Assembly: GCA_964607835.1 (NCBI GenBank)
Contig: CAZSLL010000002.1
Location: forward strand, 20,014-84,013
Direction: 5' to 3'
From: an uncultured archaeon
GTDB lineage: Archaea; Aenigmatarchaeota; Aenigmatarchaeia; QMZP01
Length of the DNA: 64,000 bases
The first letter of the stretch is position 1; the number at the start of each line of letters is the position of its first letter. Below the pieces are notes generated by a model. That model was not told where the DNA came from. It saw only the letters and a list, made by a program, of their open reading frames with translations, and ran no database searches. A program made the translations under genes and the position numbers. Of the stretch, positions 45,779-54,538 are shown piece after piece.

Positions 45779-46602
45779 GATGGCGCGCCGGAAGCACCGA
45801 AGACCTCCTGCTCAGGGAATACCTCGATGCCCTTTCCTGTGATTATCTGCATGGCCACGACCTTCTTCCTGTGCTCAGCCCCCCTCATCTTGAGGACCTC
45901 GACTGCGGATTCCCTGACGTCCCCGCGCCGTATGTTGTAGAAGACTATGACTCCGTCAGCCAGGAACTCCTCCACCCCGGTCCTGCTGAATGCCGAGGGG
46001 CTCTGGTCGGTTTCTGTGATGAGGAAGGATGTGGCCCCGCTCTTCTCGAAGAACCGGAAAAGCTGCTCTATGTAGCTCCTGTAGTTCTGCTCCCTGCTCA
46101 CGAAGTATGACGATATCGCGCTGAGCGAGTCAAGGACAATTATATCGGGCCTGAAGCCCTTGGGAATGATTAGGGGCTCCACGTTTATCATGAGCTCGCC
46201 CCTCTGCTTGGCCATCATGGCGTCCATGGACTTGCTGATGTCGTACGACCTGAACCTCTTGAGCACGAGCTTTCCTGAGGCCTCCATCTCTCTTGGGTCC
46301 CAGCCAAAGTCCTCCATGTGCTCCCTGAGCCTGTCCTCGTGCTCCTCGAATGACATGTATATGCATTTCTTTCCTGCCTGGACCGCATTGGTGATGAGCT
46401 GGAGGCAGCCTATGGTCTTTCCTGAGCCCGCTCCACCAGAGACCAGGACGTTGGAGCCCACTGGAATCCCTTTGGTGAACAGCCTATCCAGGCCCTCGAT
46501 GCCTGTCCTGATGAAACCCCTCCTCAGGGGCTTCTCCTTCTTCAGGGCCTTTCCAGAGCTGCTTTTTTGCTTCCCCTTTGCCTGGCTCTTTTCCTTTGCC
46601 AC
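45775..46602 (-). CDS. KaiC-like / RecA-superfamily single-domain ATPase with Lys-rich N-terminal tail
   Basis: 'GIEGLDRLFTKGIPVGSNVLVSGGAGSGKT' is the classic KaiC/RadA P-loop context. The stop overlaps the convergent upstream gene by 4 nt, and the gene lies 36 nt downstream of the 46639..50742 gene on the same strand. Confidence 0.85.
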   Translation of the reverse strand: MAKEKSQAKGKQKSSSGKALKKEKPLRRGFIRTGIEGLDRLFTKGIPVGSNVLVSGGAGSGKTIGCLQLITNAVQAGKKCIYMSFEEHEDRLREHMEDFGWDPREMEASGKLVLKRFRSYDISKSMDAMMAKQRGELMINVEPLIIPKGFRPDIIVLDSLSAISSYFVSREQNYRSYIEQLFRFFEKSGATSFLITETDQSPSAFSRTGVEEFLADGVIVFYNIRRGDVRESAVEVLKMRGAEHRKKVVAMQIITGKGIEVFPEQEVFGASGAPS

Positions 46603-46638
46603 GAAATCACACTACATTAGTATTGTCCTGACGGGCTT

Positions 46639-49600
46639 TTATATCCTGACGCCCTGCCTCATCATGTATATCGCCTTCTCCACCCGTACAAGCCTGGACC
46701 TGTGCCTGTCCATGACTGCCTCATAGTCAGCCCTTCCCAGGGAGCCAATGCTGAAATACCTCTTCTGGGCATGGGACATCAACTCCTTTATGGAGCCCCT
46801 CTCTGACTCCAGCTCCCTGAGCTTCTTCCTGAGCCTGGCCCCACTCCTGAGCCTCCTGAGCCCGAGCCATGCAGGCGGAAGGGCCAGCGCCGCAGCCAGG
46901 AGGTATGCCCAGTTTTCCGTTGCTGCCCTGGAAGCCTGCTCCAGGGGGGAGGAGCTAAGGCCCCTCTCCATGGCAGCCTCTGCCCTGGCCTCCTCCACGA
47001 GCTCCAGTGCCTCACCCAGCCTCTGTTCGGCTTCTATGTAGCTCTCTGAACCGAAAAGGGAGATTCCTTCCTCAAGGGCCTCCCTGGCCTCCAGCACATC
47101 AAGCCCTTCCTCCCCGGCCCCGAGTATTTCCTGCTCTGCATGGTCAATAAGCATGTCCGCTTCCCTGGCTGCATTGAATATCACGCCCACCTGCCTGGCC
47201 AGGGCCAGGGCTGCCGATTCCTCTCCCCTGGCCTGCATCAGCCTGGCTTCGTTGAGCACGTCCGAGACGTGAGAGGTCTTGAAGCCGCTTCCTGCCATGT
47301 CCGCTATGACCAGCTCTGCCTCCCGGATCTCCTGCTCCAGCGTGGCCTGGACATCCTGGGCCGCTACCAGACCTGACATCAGGACAATGCCCGCCAGGGC
47401 GACTGCCGCGATTCCCAGGCCTAATGAACCCTTCCTCTTCCTGAGCATGTCCATACTCTTGTCGATTTCCGCGGTCTCCTGCCTCATCCTCTTCATTATG
47501 GCCTCGTAAAGCCCTCTTCCGACACCGTCCCCGCTGAAGTACCTCCTCTGGGTGTCCTTCATGAACCTGGATATCTCTTCCCTTTCTCTCCTGAGGCTCT
47601 TCAGGGTCTTCCTGACAGAGCCCCCTCCTGATATTAGCCTTGCCTTGGCCCTCTTTATGTCAGCCAGCCTTGCCTCGTAGTCCTGCACTGCCCTGGAATA
47701 GGTGTCCTTCCCCACCCGGGGCCTGGCGCTGAAGTAGGCCTTCTGCAGGTTGACTATCATTCGCTCCAGTCCCCTCTCCTCCAGTCTGAGGCTGCTTATC
47801 CTTGCCCTGAGAAGCCTGGTTGCCGTATACCTCCTTCCCAGAAGCAGGGCCGCTGCCAGCCCTGCGGCCCCCATGCCAAGGAACACCCAGTTCTCCCTGA
47901 TACCCGAGAGCACCCACAATAACCCGTAGGTCTCCAGTGAGAAGGAGGCCCTGGCACTCAGTGCACGCTCCTCTGCCCTCTGGTAGTCCCCCCTCTGGAA
48001 TGCCATCTCAGCAAGCCTTAGAAGACTCTCTGACTCCGGTGCCTCTATGCCGTTCTCCTTTGCGCTGGATATGTCCCCCTCCAGTCCAGCCATCATGCCC
48101 TCGACCCTGAAGGCCAGCTCTGCCTTCTCGATTACCTGCTCTGCAATCTCCCTGGCTGCCTCGTAGTCCCACTCGCCTGCCAGGGCATCCATCCTCTCTA
48201 TGCTGGCGTTCATGTTCTCTGCAGAGTACCCTGCCTCCTGCATTTCCGCGGAAAGCTCCCTGGCCCTGTCCAGCAGGTCTGACTCCTCTCCTGTGCTAAC
48301 CACTGACACAGTCATGGAGTGAGAACCCGAAAGGGTCCGGTTGAGGGTCCTCCCCCCGCCCGAGAGCTCCATGGAGAGGTTGTACTGGCCCTGGGAAATG
48401 TACCCAGGCGCCTCAAGGGTAACTATGAACCTCACGGTGTCGCCCTGGTTCACCCCGTTCCTCTCCTCAGGGGACACTGTGACATATGTCAGGGGGTAGC
48501 CCGAGACCTCCAGGGACAGGCTGTCTGATGTAAAGCTGAGGCCGTACTCTATGTTCACAGAGAAGCTATGGTTGCTCCCCCTCTCAAGCTCCAGTCTTTG
48601 CGGCGCGCTCAGTGAAAGGGCGTTCTCGGTTACCGGTGCCCCTCCCCCGCTTATGACCGTGGTACCGGCGGAGCTTCCTCCTCCTCCGTCCTGGCAGTCG
48701 CTGTCAGTGGAGGAGCTGCAGCCCAGGCCGCACACCCCGTCAGTGCTGCTGCATGAGACCCCGATGACAGCAGAGTCAGATGCGTTGGAGCCCTCTGAGC
48801 AGCTTGAGTTCACCATTAGAGCAACTGCCCCTGCGCCGGCGCTGGCCGGGTCTATGCTAAGGGACAGTGTGCTGGTGTAACTGGCCCCCTGGGAGAGGCT
48901 GCCCACGAAATGGCTGGCATTGCCTGATGTGTTGGAGAACCCTGAAGGAAGGCTGAAATTCAGCCGCACTCCGGTAGCGGTCTCGTTCCCGATGTTCTTG
49001 ACCCTCGCTGAGACGTTCACCCCTGTATCGCTCTGGCTTACAGATGTGGGGGCCCGGGTTATCTCGAGCTCAAGGTAGGGCCCGCCCACGTATGATATGA
49101 GGGTGGCGTTGGCCACCCTCTCGGCAGGCTCTGCGTTTTCGCTTGCCGCACCTATGGTGAGGTTGACCGCATACTCGTAGGCCTGGGAGGTGGCGGTGGC
49201 GTTGACCATTATGCTGAGGTTGCTGCCTGCAGCCACGTCAAAGCTGTCAGGGTTGGATAGGTTGTACTCGGTGTTGGTGTAGGTTGAGGTTATCCCGAAG
49301 CTGAGGGGATAGTCCCCTGTGTTGGTTATGGTGAGCACCCCAAGGGCGCCCTCCTCGTTGATGTATACGTAGGTTGTCCCGAGCCCCTGCGGATTCACGG
49401 ACCACGTGTAGTCGTAATCAACTGTGAGGCTGTACTCGCTGGAGTTGCCAGAATGCCCCATGGTGTCATTGGCCCATATCCTGTAGTACCACATACCGTC
49501 AGGGGCGGGCACGCCGAAGGAGGCGTTGTACTGGCCAGAGAGGTTGCCCATGGTCACATTCGACCACGTGGAGACCGACTCCCTCCTGTACTGGAGAATG

Positions 49601-50742
49601 GCGGTGTGCACCCCGCTGGGGTCTGTGATGTTGGCCGTCACGTTGACGTCTATCCCCGGGTCGAGCAGGTCATTACCCTGGGGGGAGCGCTCCACTCCTG
49701 CTATTCCGGGCGGGGTGCCCGAATCGATGAAGAAGGTGCGGTTGGTGTTGTTCCAGGTGCTGTTGCTCTGGTTGTCAACTGCATAGCAGGTCCATAAATA
49801 CTCCCCGTCTGCCAGGCCTGTTATGTTCCATGTCCTGCTGAGATATCCGGGCGCGCCCAGGCCGGACTCATAATGCCCCTGAATCTCGTCCCTGGCCACC
49901 GCGCTTGTGAATACGATGAGCTCATCAAAGGCGGCGTCCAGCTGGTCGTTTGCCTGGTAGTCGCTCCCTATGTAGGCCGTGGATGGGGTCCATGATGGGT
50001 AGTAGGCCCCTCCCATGTAAGGGTTCGCTGTTGTCGCGTTGCTGCCGTCCACCATGAGGTCCATGTTGCTGTTGTCATAGTCCCAAACCGCTGCCACGTG
50101 ATGCCATTCATCCGATGACCATGATATGTCCTGGTAGGTGAAGCTCCTTGAGCCGTAATCGTCATACCATTCGAACACCAGCTGTCCTGTTGAGTTTATG
50201 AAAAGCCTTACCTGGTTTGACTTGTCCCCGTGGCTCTCTCCCATCATGAAAAGCCATGCTGTGCCTGATATGGAAGCCCTGGGCCTCACCCAGAACTCGA
50301 CTGTGCCTACATACGAGCTCATCCTTCCCGTTGTGCTGAAGCTCAGGGAGTCCCCTGAGCCCACCCTGGCGGCCTCCCCTGTCTTGCCGGGCTCCAGGCT
50401 GGCGCCGCTCTGGGTCAGTGTTCCTGCTGAGCCACCGCCTGAGTTGTAGCAGCTGTAGTTCTGCATGTGGCATAGCATGGTGTGGCCGAGCCCTGGCTGT
50501 AGCTCTCCGTAGAGCACTCTCTTCAGCCTTTCCCAGCTGTCCCCTGTATCAGCATAGAGGGTCAGTTCTGAAACCGCCTCATCGTCAGTGGCGTTGCATG
50601 TAATCCCGGTGTAGTTCACCGGGGACACATATGAGTCCTGAGGAGAGACCATGAGGGCCTCTGGCGGAGCGGCAGAGCAGGTTCCTGCAAATATGACAAG
50701 CCATACGATAAGTGCCAAAGCCGTTAGTGAAAGCCGAGCCAT
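46639..50742 (-). CDS. 1367-aa surface protein: signal peptide, LamG-like domain, Ig/CARDB-like sequon-rich repeats, Cys-motif + Gly/Ser linker, membrane-proximal helical region, three TM helices separated by SHOCT-like '[KR]YFS...Y...RL' cytoplasmic repeats
   Basis: The N-terminus 'MARLSLTALALIVWLVIFAGTCSAAPP' is a signal peptide. The LamG signature is 'TVEFWVRP...SDEWHHVAAVWDYDNSNMDLMVDG...FDELIVFTSAVARDEI'. The Cys motif and linker are 'DGVCGLGCSSSTDSDCQDGGGGSSAG'. The three TM segments are 'LLWVLSGIRENWVFLGMGAAGLAAALLLG', 'LGLGIAAVALAGIVLMSGLVAA' and 'WAYLLAAALALPPAWLGL'. The repeats are 'QKAYFSARPRVGKDTYSRAVQDYEARL', 'TQRRYFSGDGVGRGLYEAIMKRMRQ' and 'AQKRYFSIGSLGRADYEAVMDRHRSRL'. Confidence 0.85.
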   Translation of the reverse strand: MARLSLTALALIVWLVIFAGTCSAAPPEALMVSPQDSYVSPVNYTGITCNATDDEAVSELTLYADTGDSWERLKRVLYGELQPGLGHTMLCHMQNYSCYNSGGGSAGTLTQSGASLEPGKTGEAARVGSGDSLSFSTTGRMSSYVGTVEFWVRPRASISGTAWLFMMGESHGDKSNQVRLFINSTGQLVFEWYDDYGSRSFTYQDISWSSDEWHHVAAVWDYDNSNMDLMVDGSNATTANPYMGGAYYPSWTPSTAYIGSDYQANDQLDAAFDELIVFTSAVARDEIQGHYESGLGAPGYLSRTWNITGLADGEYLWTCYAVDNQSNSTWNNTNRTFFIDSGTPPGIAGVERSPQGNDLLDPGIDVNVTANITDPSGVHTAILQYRRESVSTWSNVTMGNLSGQYNASFGVPAPDGMWYYRIWANDTMGHSGNSSEYSLTVDYDYTWSVNPQGLGTTYVYINEEGALGVLTITNTGDYPLSFGITSTYTNTEYNLSNPDSFDVAAGSNLSIMVNATATSQAYEYAVNLTIGAASENAEPAERVANATLISYVGGPYLELEITRAPTSVSQSDTGVNVSARVKNIGNETATGVRLNFSLPSGFSNTSGNASHFVGSLSQGASYTSTLSLSIDPASAGAGAVALMVNSSCSEGSNASDSAVIGVSCSSTDGVCGLGCSSSTDSDCQDGGGGSSAGTTVISGGGAPVTENALSLSAPQRLELERGSNHSFSVNIEYGLSFTSDSLSLEVSGYPLTYVTVSPEERNGVNQGDTVRFIVTLEAPGYISQGQYNLSMELSGGGRTLNRTLSGSHSMTVSVVSTGEESDLLDRARELSAEMQEAGYSAENMNASIERMDALAGEWDYEAAREIAEQVIEKAELAFRVEGMMAGLEGDISSAKENGIEAPESESLLRLAEMAFQRGDYQRAEERALSARASFSLETYGLLWVLSGIRENWVFLGMGAAGLAAALLLGRRYTATRLLRARISSLRLEERGLERMIVNLQKAYFSARPRVGKDTYSRAVQDYEARLADIKRAKARLISGGGSVRKTLKSLRREREEISRFMKDTQRRYFSGDGVGRGLYEAIMKRMRQETAEIDKSMDMLRKRKGSLGLGIAAVALAGIVLMSGLVAAQDVQATLEQEIREAELVIADMAGSGFKTSHVSDVLNEARLMQARGEESAALALARQVGVIFNAAREADMLIDHAEQEILGAGEEGLDVLEAREALEEGISLFGSESYIEAEQRLGEALELVEEARAEAAMERGLSSSPLEQASRAATENWAYLLAAALALPPAWLGLRRLRSGARLRKKLRELESERGSIKELMSHAQKRYFSIGSLGRADYEAVMDRHRSRLVRVEKAIYMMRQGVRI

Positions 50743-50825
50743 CTTGAACCGCGCCGCATTACTATAGTAATTAATATTTGGATGGCCGCGTATAAAACCT
50801 TTGTATAGCTAACCAATTAAAACCC
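50743..50825. promoter_or_regulatory. AT-rich divergent promoter region with TATA-like boxes for the 46639..50742 (-) and 50826..52070 (+) genes
   Basis: The island reads 'ACTATAGTAATTAATATTTGG...CGTATAAAACCTTTGTATAG' in an otherwise ~60% GC context. 'GTATAAAA' lies 30-37 nt upstream of the + strand ATG, and the reverse-complement 'AATATTAATTACTATAG' lies about 20-35 nt upstream of the - strand ATG. These may be short-leader or leaderless transcripts. Confidence 0.5.
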
Positions 50826-52070
50826 ATGAAAGAAAAGGGAATCATGAGGAGAATCGATTTTCTGGTCATCCCTTCCATAATCATCCTTTTCCTGGCTGCC
50901 CTGGCCATAGACTCCTATCAGCCAGGAGCCCTCAGCCTTGCGGGAAAACCGCATGATGGGAGGCTGCTCATGGCCATGGGAAGCTTCGAGGGCAATGTGC
51001 CTGGGGAGGCCCTGATATGGGTGCTGGGGCCGGATGGCAGCCACGAGGAGCTCTCCCTGGAGGGCTCCAATGTTTGCCACAGGGTGCTGTCAGCTGACCT
51101 GGACCATGACGGTGTGCCTGAGCTATATGCCGCCACTGGCCAGAACGCATCAGTGTTCTCTCTCACCCCATCAGGTAATGGATGGGATACCCAGTTGATA
51201 TGGGAGCCGGACTGCAGCAGGGTGAGGGACCTGGAGGCAGGGGACGTGGACGGTGACGGTGCACAGGAGCTGGTGGCAGTGACCCACTTGCCAGGAAAGA
51301 TTGCCGTCATCAGGCCGGATGGTGCCCAGTGGCAGGTCACAGAGCTCCTCTCGCTCAATGGCACCTACATCCATGAGGTCGAGCTGTATGATGCCGACCA
51401 GGATGGGTCAGACGAGATATTCTCAACTCCATCAGAACCCAACCAGGCCAAGGGCCTGAGCCAGCCCGGAAGGATTCTCATGCACAGCTGGAACGGCACG
51501 GGCTTCTCTGTGAGGGAGCTGGCCTCCTTCAGCACCACCCACGCAAAGGAGATTTCTATGGGAGACCCTGACAACGATGGCCTGCCTGAGCTCCTGGCCG
51601 CTGTCCAAGGAAATGCCACCCGCCATCAGGTCCCTGGGGAGGGTGTGGTGAAGCTTGTCATAGAAACTCCCCTTCGGATAATGCTCTGGGACATGGCTGA
51701 CCTGTCCGCAGAGGGGAGTGTCATTACAGAACTCCCTGGCATAGGGGCAAGGGCGCTTGCAGTTGGTGATGCTAACAATGACGGCCTGAACGAGCTCCTC
51801 TTGGGCACCGAGACCGCAGGGCTCCACCTTCTCATGCACAGGAATGGCTCCTGGAAAACGGAGTCCATCGACTCCTCCTTAAGGGGCAACATAGGAGGCG
51901 CCATCATCGCAGACCTTAATGGCGACGGCCTCAATGAGGTGGTGGCCAGTTCTGATTCCCTGGGTCTGGTCAGGTCATACTCCCGTGAATCAGGCGTTTG
52001 GCAAGGCGAGACCGTGCTTGAAACAGGGGGGCACTGGGTATGGGCCATGTCATGGGGGGATGCCCTGTGA
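50826..52070 (+). CDS. Membrane-anchored FG-GAP repeat (integrin-alpha-like beta-propeller) protein
   Basis: An N-terminal TM segment 'IDFLVIPSIIILFLAALAI' is followed by at least six 'D.D.DG..EL' Ca-binding-type FG-GAP repeats: DLDHDGVPELY, DVDGDGAQELV, DADQDGSDEIF, DPDNDGLPELL, DANNDGLNELL and DLNGDGLNEVV. Confidence 0.8.
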   Translation: MKEKGIMRRIDFLVIPSIIILFLAALAIDSYQPGALSLAGKPHDGRLLMAMGSFEGNVPGEALIWVLGPDGSHEELSLEGSNVCHRVLSADLDHDGVPELYAATGQNASVFSLTPSGNGWDTQLIWEPDCSRVRDLEAGDVDGDGAQELVAVTHLPGKIAVIRPDGAQWQVTELLSLNGTYIHEVELYDADQDGSDEIFSTPSEPNQAKGLSQPGRILMHSWNGTGFSVRELASFSTTHAKEISMGDPDNDGLPELLAAVQGNATRHQVPGEGVVKLVIETPLRIMLWDMADLSAEGSVITELPGIGARALAVGDANNDGLNELLLGTETAGLHLLMHRNGSWKTESIDSSLRGNIGGAIIADLNGDGLNEVVASSDSLGLVRSYSRESGVWQGETVLETGGHWVWAMSWGDAL

Positions 52071-53449
52071 GAAGGCTCGCCCTGCTCCTTCCCGCCATCG
52101 TTGCTGCCATGGCAATCCCCCTGGCCTACACCGGCCAGCTCGCCCCTGCAGAGGAGTATTCGTGCGAGGGGTGCAGCCTCCTCCTGGTCACAGCCGACAC
52201 CCTGAGGGCAGACCATGTCTCCTCCTACGGATACTTCCAGCAAACCACCCCCAACATTGATGCTTTGGCCTCCAGGGGCATCCTTTTCGAGCAGGCTTAC
52301 ACCCAGGTTCCCTTCACCCCGCCCTCGCACTGGACCATTATGACAGGGCTCTACCCCTTCCATCACGGAATGTACCTTCCCACCAACGAGAGCAGGCTCG
52401 AGACCCTGGCCACAAGGCTGTCCAGGTCAGGCTATGACACAGCGGCCTTCACTGCCAGCTACATGGTGGGCAGGCTGGAAAGGGGGTTCGGTGTCTTCGA
52501 GGTCCCTGCCTTCAGGACAGAGAAGGAGTACAGGCCCGCCACGAACGTCACCGAATCAGCGCTCAGCTGGCTCATGCAGAGAGACGGGGAGGGACCATTC
52601 TTCCTCTGGGTGCACTACTTCGATGCCCACAGCCCCTACCAGCCCCCTGATGGGCATGACATATACGACTATTCCATGGAGCCCAGGTACGCGGATGAGC
52701 GGTACTCCAGAGCGGGCATAGACAACTTCAGGCCCATCAGGGATGACATCGCAAGGTATGACGGGGAGGTCCGCTACATGGACAACCAGCTCGGCAGGCT
52801 CCTTGGCGAGCTGGAGTCCCTCGGCCTCTCTGAGAACACAATGGTGGCGGTAGTGTCTGACCACGGGGAATGTTTTGGCGAGCACCTTTTCTCTGACTTC
52901 GGGTATGAGATGACCGGGCCCTGCCTGTTCCATGACAAGACCCTCTACCAGGAGGAGGTGCATGTCCCCATGGTCTTGTACAACCCCAGGGCCAGGAGGT
53001 CTTCAGGCACCAGGATTGGCGAGATAGTGGAGACCGCTGACCTCGCTCCCACGCTGCTCGAGACCCTGTGCCTCATTCCCCCTGAGGGACTGGACGGCAG
53101 GAGCATGGTCCCTCTCATAGAGGGCAACTCCTCGGGCTTCGGAAGGGCGTTCATGCAGATAAGGCCGGGAGAGACCGGCATATTCGCCTACGGCCTCCTT
53201 TCGCCTGAATGGAAGTTCGTGAGGGCAGGCCTCTCACTGGACCGCCAGGGTCATGTCCAGGAGCACGAGATGCTGTTTGACAGGAAGAACGACCCGCGTG
53301 AGATGGTCAATGCCCTGGGTCAGAGGCCGGGCCCTGCACAGGAGATGGAGGAAGAGCTCGCGGAAGTCATGGGCAGCGGGCTCTCTGAAAGGGTGTACAT
53401 AGACAGCAGGACCGAGGAGATGCTCAGGATGCTGGGGTACCTTGCCTGA
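52040..53449 (+). CDS. Sulfatase-family (alkaline-phosphatase superfamily) exported enzyme with Thr/His substitutions at the formylglycine-motif positions
   Basis: An N-terminal signal-like segment is followed by 'LLLVTADTLRADHVSSYGY' (sulfatase metal-binding N-terminus) and 'VPFTPPSHWTIMTGLYP'. The latter sits where the sulfatase signature C/S-x-P-S-R...LTGR lies, but reads T-P-P-S-H. Downstream sulfatase-like blocks include 'PFFLWVHYFDAHSPY' and 'VVSDHGE'. The start overlaps the preceding gene by 31 nt; an in-frame ATG 12 nt downstream is an alternative. Confidence 0.75.
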   Translation: MGHVMGGCPVRRLALLLPAIVAAMAIPLAYTGQLAPAEEYSCEGCSLLLVTADTLRADHVSSYGYFQQTTPNIDALASRGILFEQAYTQVPFTPPSHWTIMTGLYPFHHGMYLPTNESRLETLATRLSRSGYDTAAFTASYMVGRLERGFGVFEVPAFRTEKEYRPATNVTESALSWLMQRDGEGPFFLWVHYFDAHSPYQPPDGHDIYDYSMEPRYADERYSRAGIDNFRPIRDDIARYDGEVRYMDNQLGRLLGELESLGLSENTMVAVVSDHGECFGEHLFSDFGYEMTGPCLFHDKTLYQEEVHVPMVLYNPRARRSSGTRIGEIVETADLAPTLLETLCLIPPEGLDGRSMVPLIEGNSSGFGRAFMQIRPGETGIFAYGLLSPEWKFVRAGLSLDRQGHVQEHEMLFDRKNDPREMVNALGQRPGPAQEMEEELAEVMGSGLSERVYIDSRTEEMLRMLGYLA

Positions 53450-53464
53450 TATTACACTACGCCA

Positions 53465-53521
53465 GCACTACGGTTAAACACATCATCTTAAAAGTTATAT
53501 ATTTCACAGAATAATATAAAC
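53465..53521 (+). promoter_or_regulatory. AT-rich putative promoter (TATA-like 'AAAGTTATATATTT') upstream of the 53522 gene
   Basis: An AT-rich island sits directly 5' of the ORF, with the TATA-like element about 20-32 nt before the ATG. Confidence 0.45.
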
Positions 53522-53857
53522 ATGGCTGAACTCAGGAACGTGGACATACAGGGAAGCGACATCATCGTCAACATGCGAATCACCAGGGACGAGTACAATC
53601 TCCTGGGTCAGAGGACAGGTGACATTGCGCTCATTCCCGCTGGCGACAGGGAGCTCGACCACACGCTGACCTCGGGCAAGCTCGGCAACAGCAACCGGAT
53701 AATGCTGCCCAAGAAGCTCCTTAACATGGAGGGCATAGTGCATCTGGAGAAAAAGCTTGCCTCCAGGTTTTTCAGGGTGAACGGAAGCGTGTACCTGCTC
53801 ATAAGGCTCAGGGAATCCGATGTGGGCATTCCCATGTTCATGGAGGAAGGCAAATGA
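53522..53857 (+). CDS. Small hypothetical protein (111 aa), possibly AbrB/SpoVT-like swapped-hairpin DNA-binding fold
   Basis: 'NRIMLPKKLLNMEGI' resembles the AbrB/SpoVT 'grvtIPkeiReklgi.eGd' motif. A 4-nt ATGA overlap with the downstream KaiC-like gene indicates an operon. The fold assignment is weak. Confidence 0.55.
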   Translation: MAELRNVDIQGSDIIVNMRITRDEYNLLGQRTGDIALIPAGDRELDHTLTSGKLGNSNRIMLPKKLLNMEGIVHLEKKLASRFFRVNGSVYLLIRLRESDVGIPMFMEEGK

Positions 53858-54522
53858 GCGTCACCACTGGCATCAGGGGCCTGGACAGTCTCACGGGAAA
53901 GGGCTTTCCCAGCAACACCGTGGTTCTTGTCTCGGGCCAGCCAGGCACAGGCAAGACCCTGCTGAGCCTTGGCTTCCTCATGGAGGGGGCCAGGAAGGGC
54001 GAGAAGTGCTGCTTCGTGTCCCTGAGCGAGAAGAAGGATGAGCTGGTCAGGGCGTGCAAGGGTATAGACTCCATGAGGGACGTGGAGAAGCATCTGGGAA
54101 AGAACCTTGCCATTGAGCATATAGAACTCGGGGAGAACATCACCCTCAAGCGCTTCCTGGAGATAATGTCAAAGTACCCCAAACTGGACAGGCTGGTCAT
54201 AGACAACGTCAACAAGCTCCTCATATTCTCAGAGAGCCCCAGGTATTACAGGCTCAACCTGGCCGAGCTCGTCAAGCACATCAAGGTCATGGGGTGCAGT
54301 CTCCTCCTCTGCGAATCCAACGGCGACGCCATAGACTCGGGCAACCACGAGGCCTTTGAGTGCGACGGGGTGGTCCAGCTCTCTTTCCTCGACTTCGATG
54401 AGAGGCCCATGCGCTCCCTGTCCATACACAAGATGAGATATGCTGAGTTCCAGCCCAGGGTGCACCACAGGATTGACATAACCAGCAAGGGCATATCCCT
54501 CTCCCGCCAGAGGGCAGTGTGA
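53854..54522 (+). CDS. KaiC-like / RecA-superfamily single-domain ATPase
   Basis: 'GIRGLDSLTGKGFPSNTVVLVSGQPGTGKTLLSLGF' is the Walker A in KaiC context. A 'RLVIDNVNKLL' Walker B-like strand follows. Confidence 0.85.
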   Translation: MSVTTGIRGLDSLTGKGFPSNTVVLVSGQPGTGKTLLSLGFLMEGARKGEKCCFVSLSEKKDELVRACKGIDSMRDVEKHLGKNLAIEHIELGENITLKRFLEIMSKYPKLDRLVIDNVNKLLIFSESPRYYRLNLAELVKHIKVMGCSLLLCESNGDAIDSGNHEAFECDGVVQLSFLDFDERPMRSLSIHKMRYAEFQPRVHHRIDITSKGISLSRQRAV

Positions 54523-54538
54523 CCTGAGACCGGTTGGC

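Noticed and set aside
52040-52070. 31-nt overlap between the FG-GAP and sulfatase-family genes as evidence of a frameshifted fusion
   Set aside because: The two genes are in different frames, and each has a complete, sensible N-terminus (TM anchor and signal peptide respectively). An in-frame ATG 12 nt downstream could also shorten the overlap. I read it as ordinary operon overlap.
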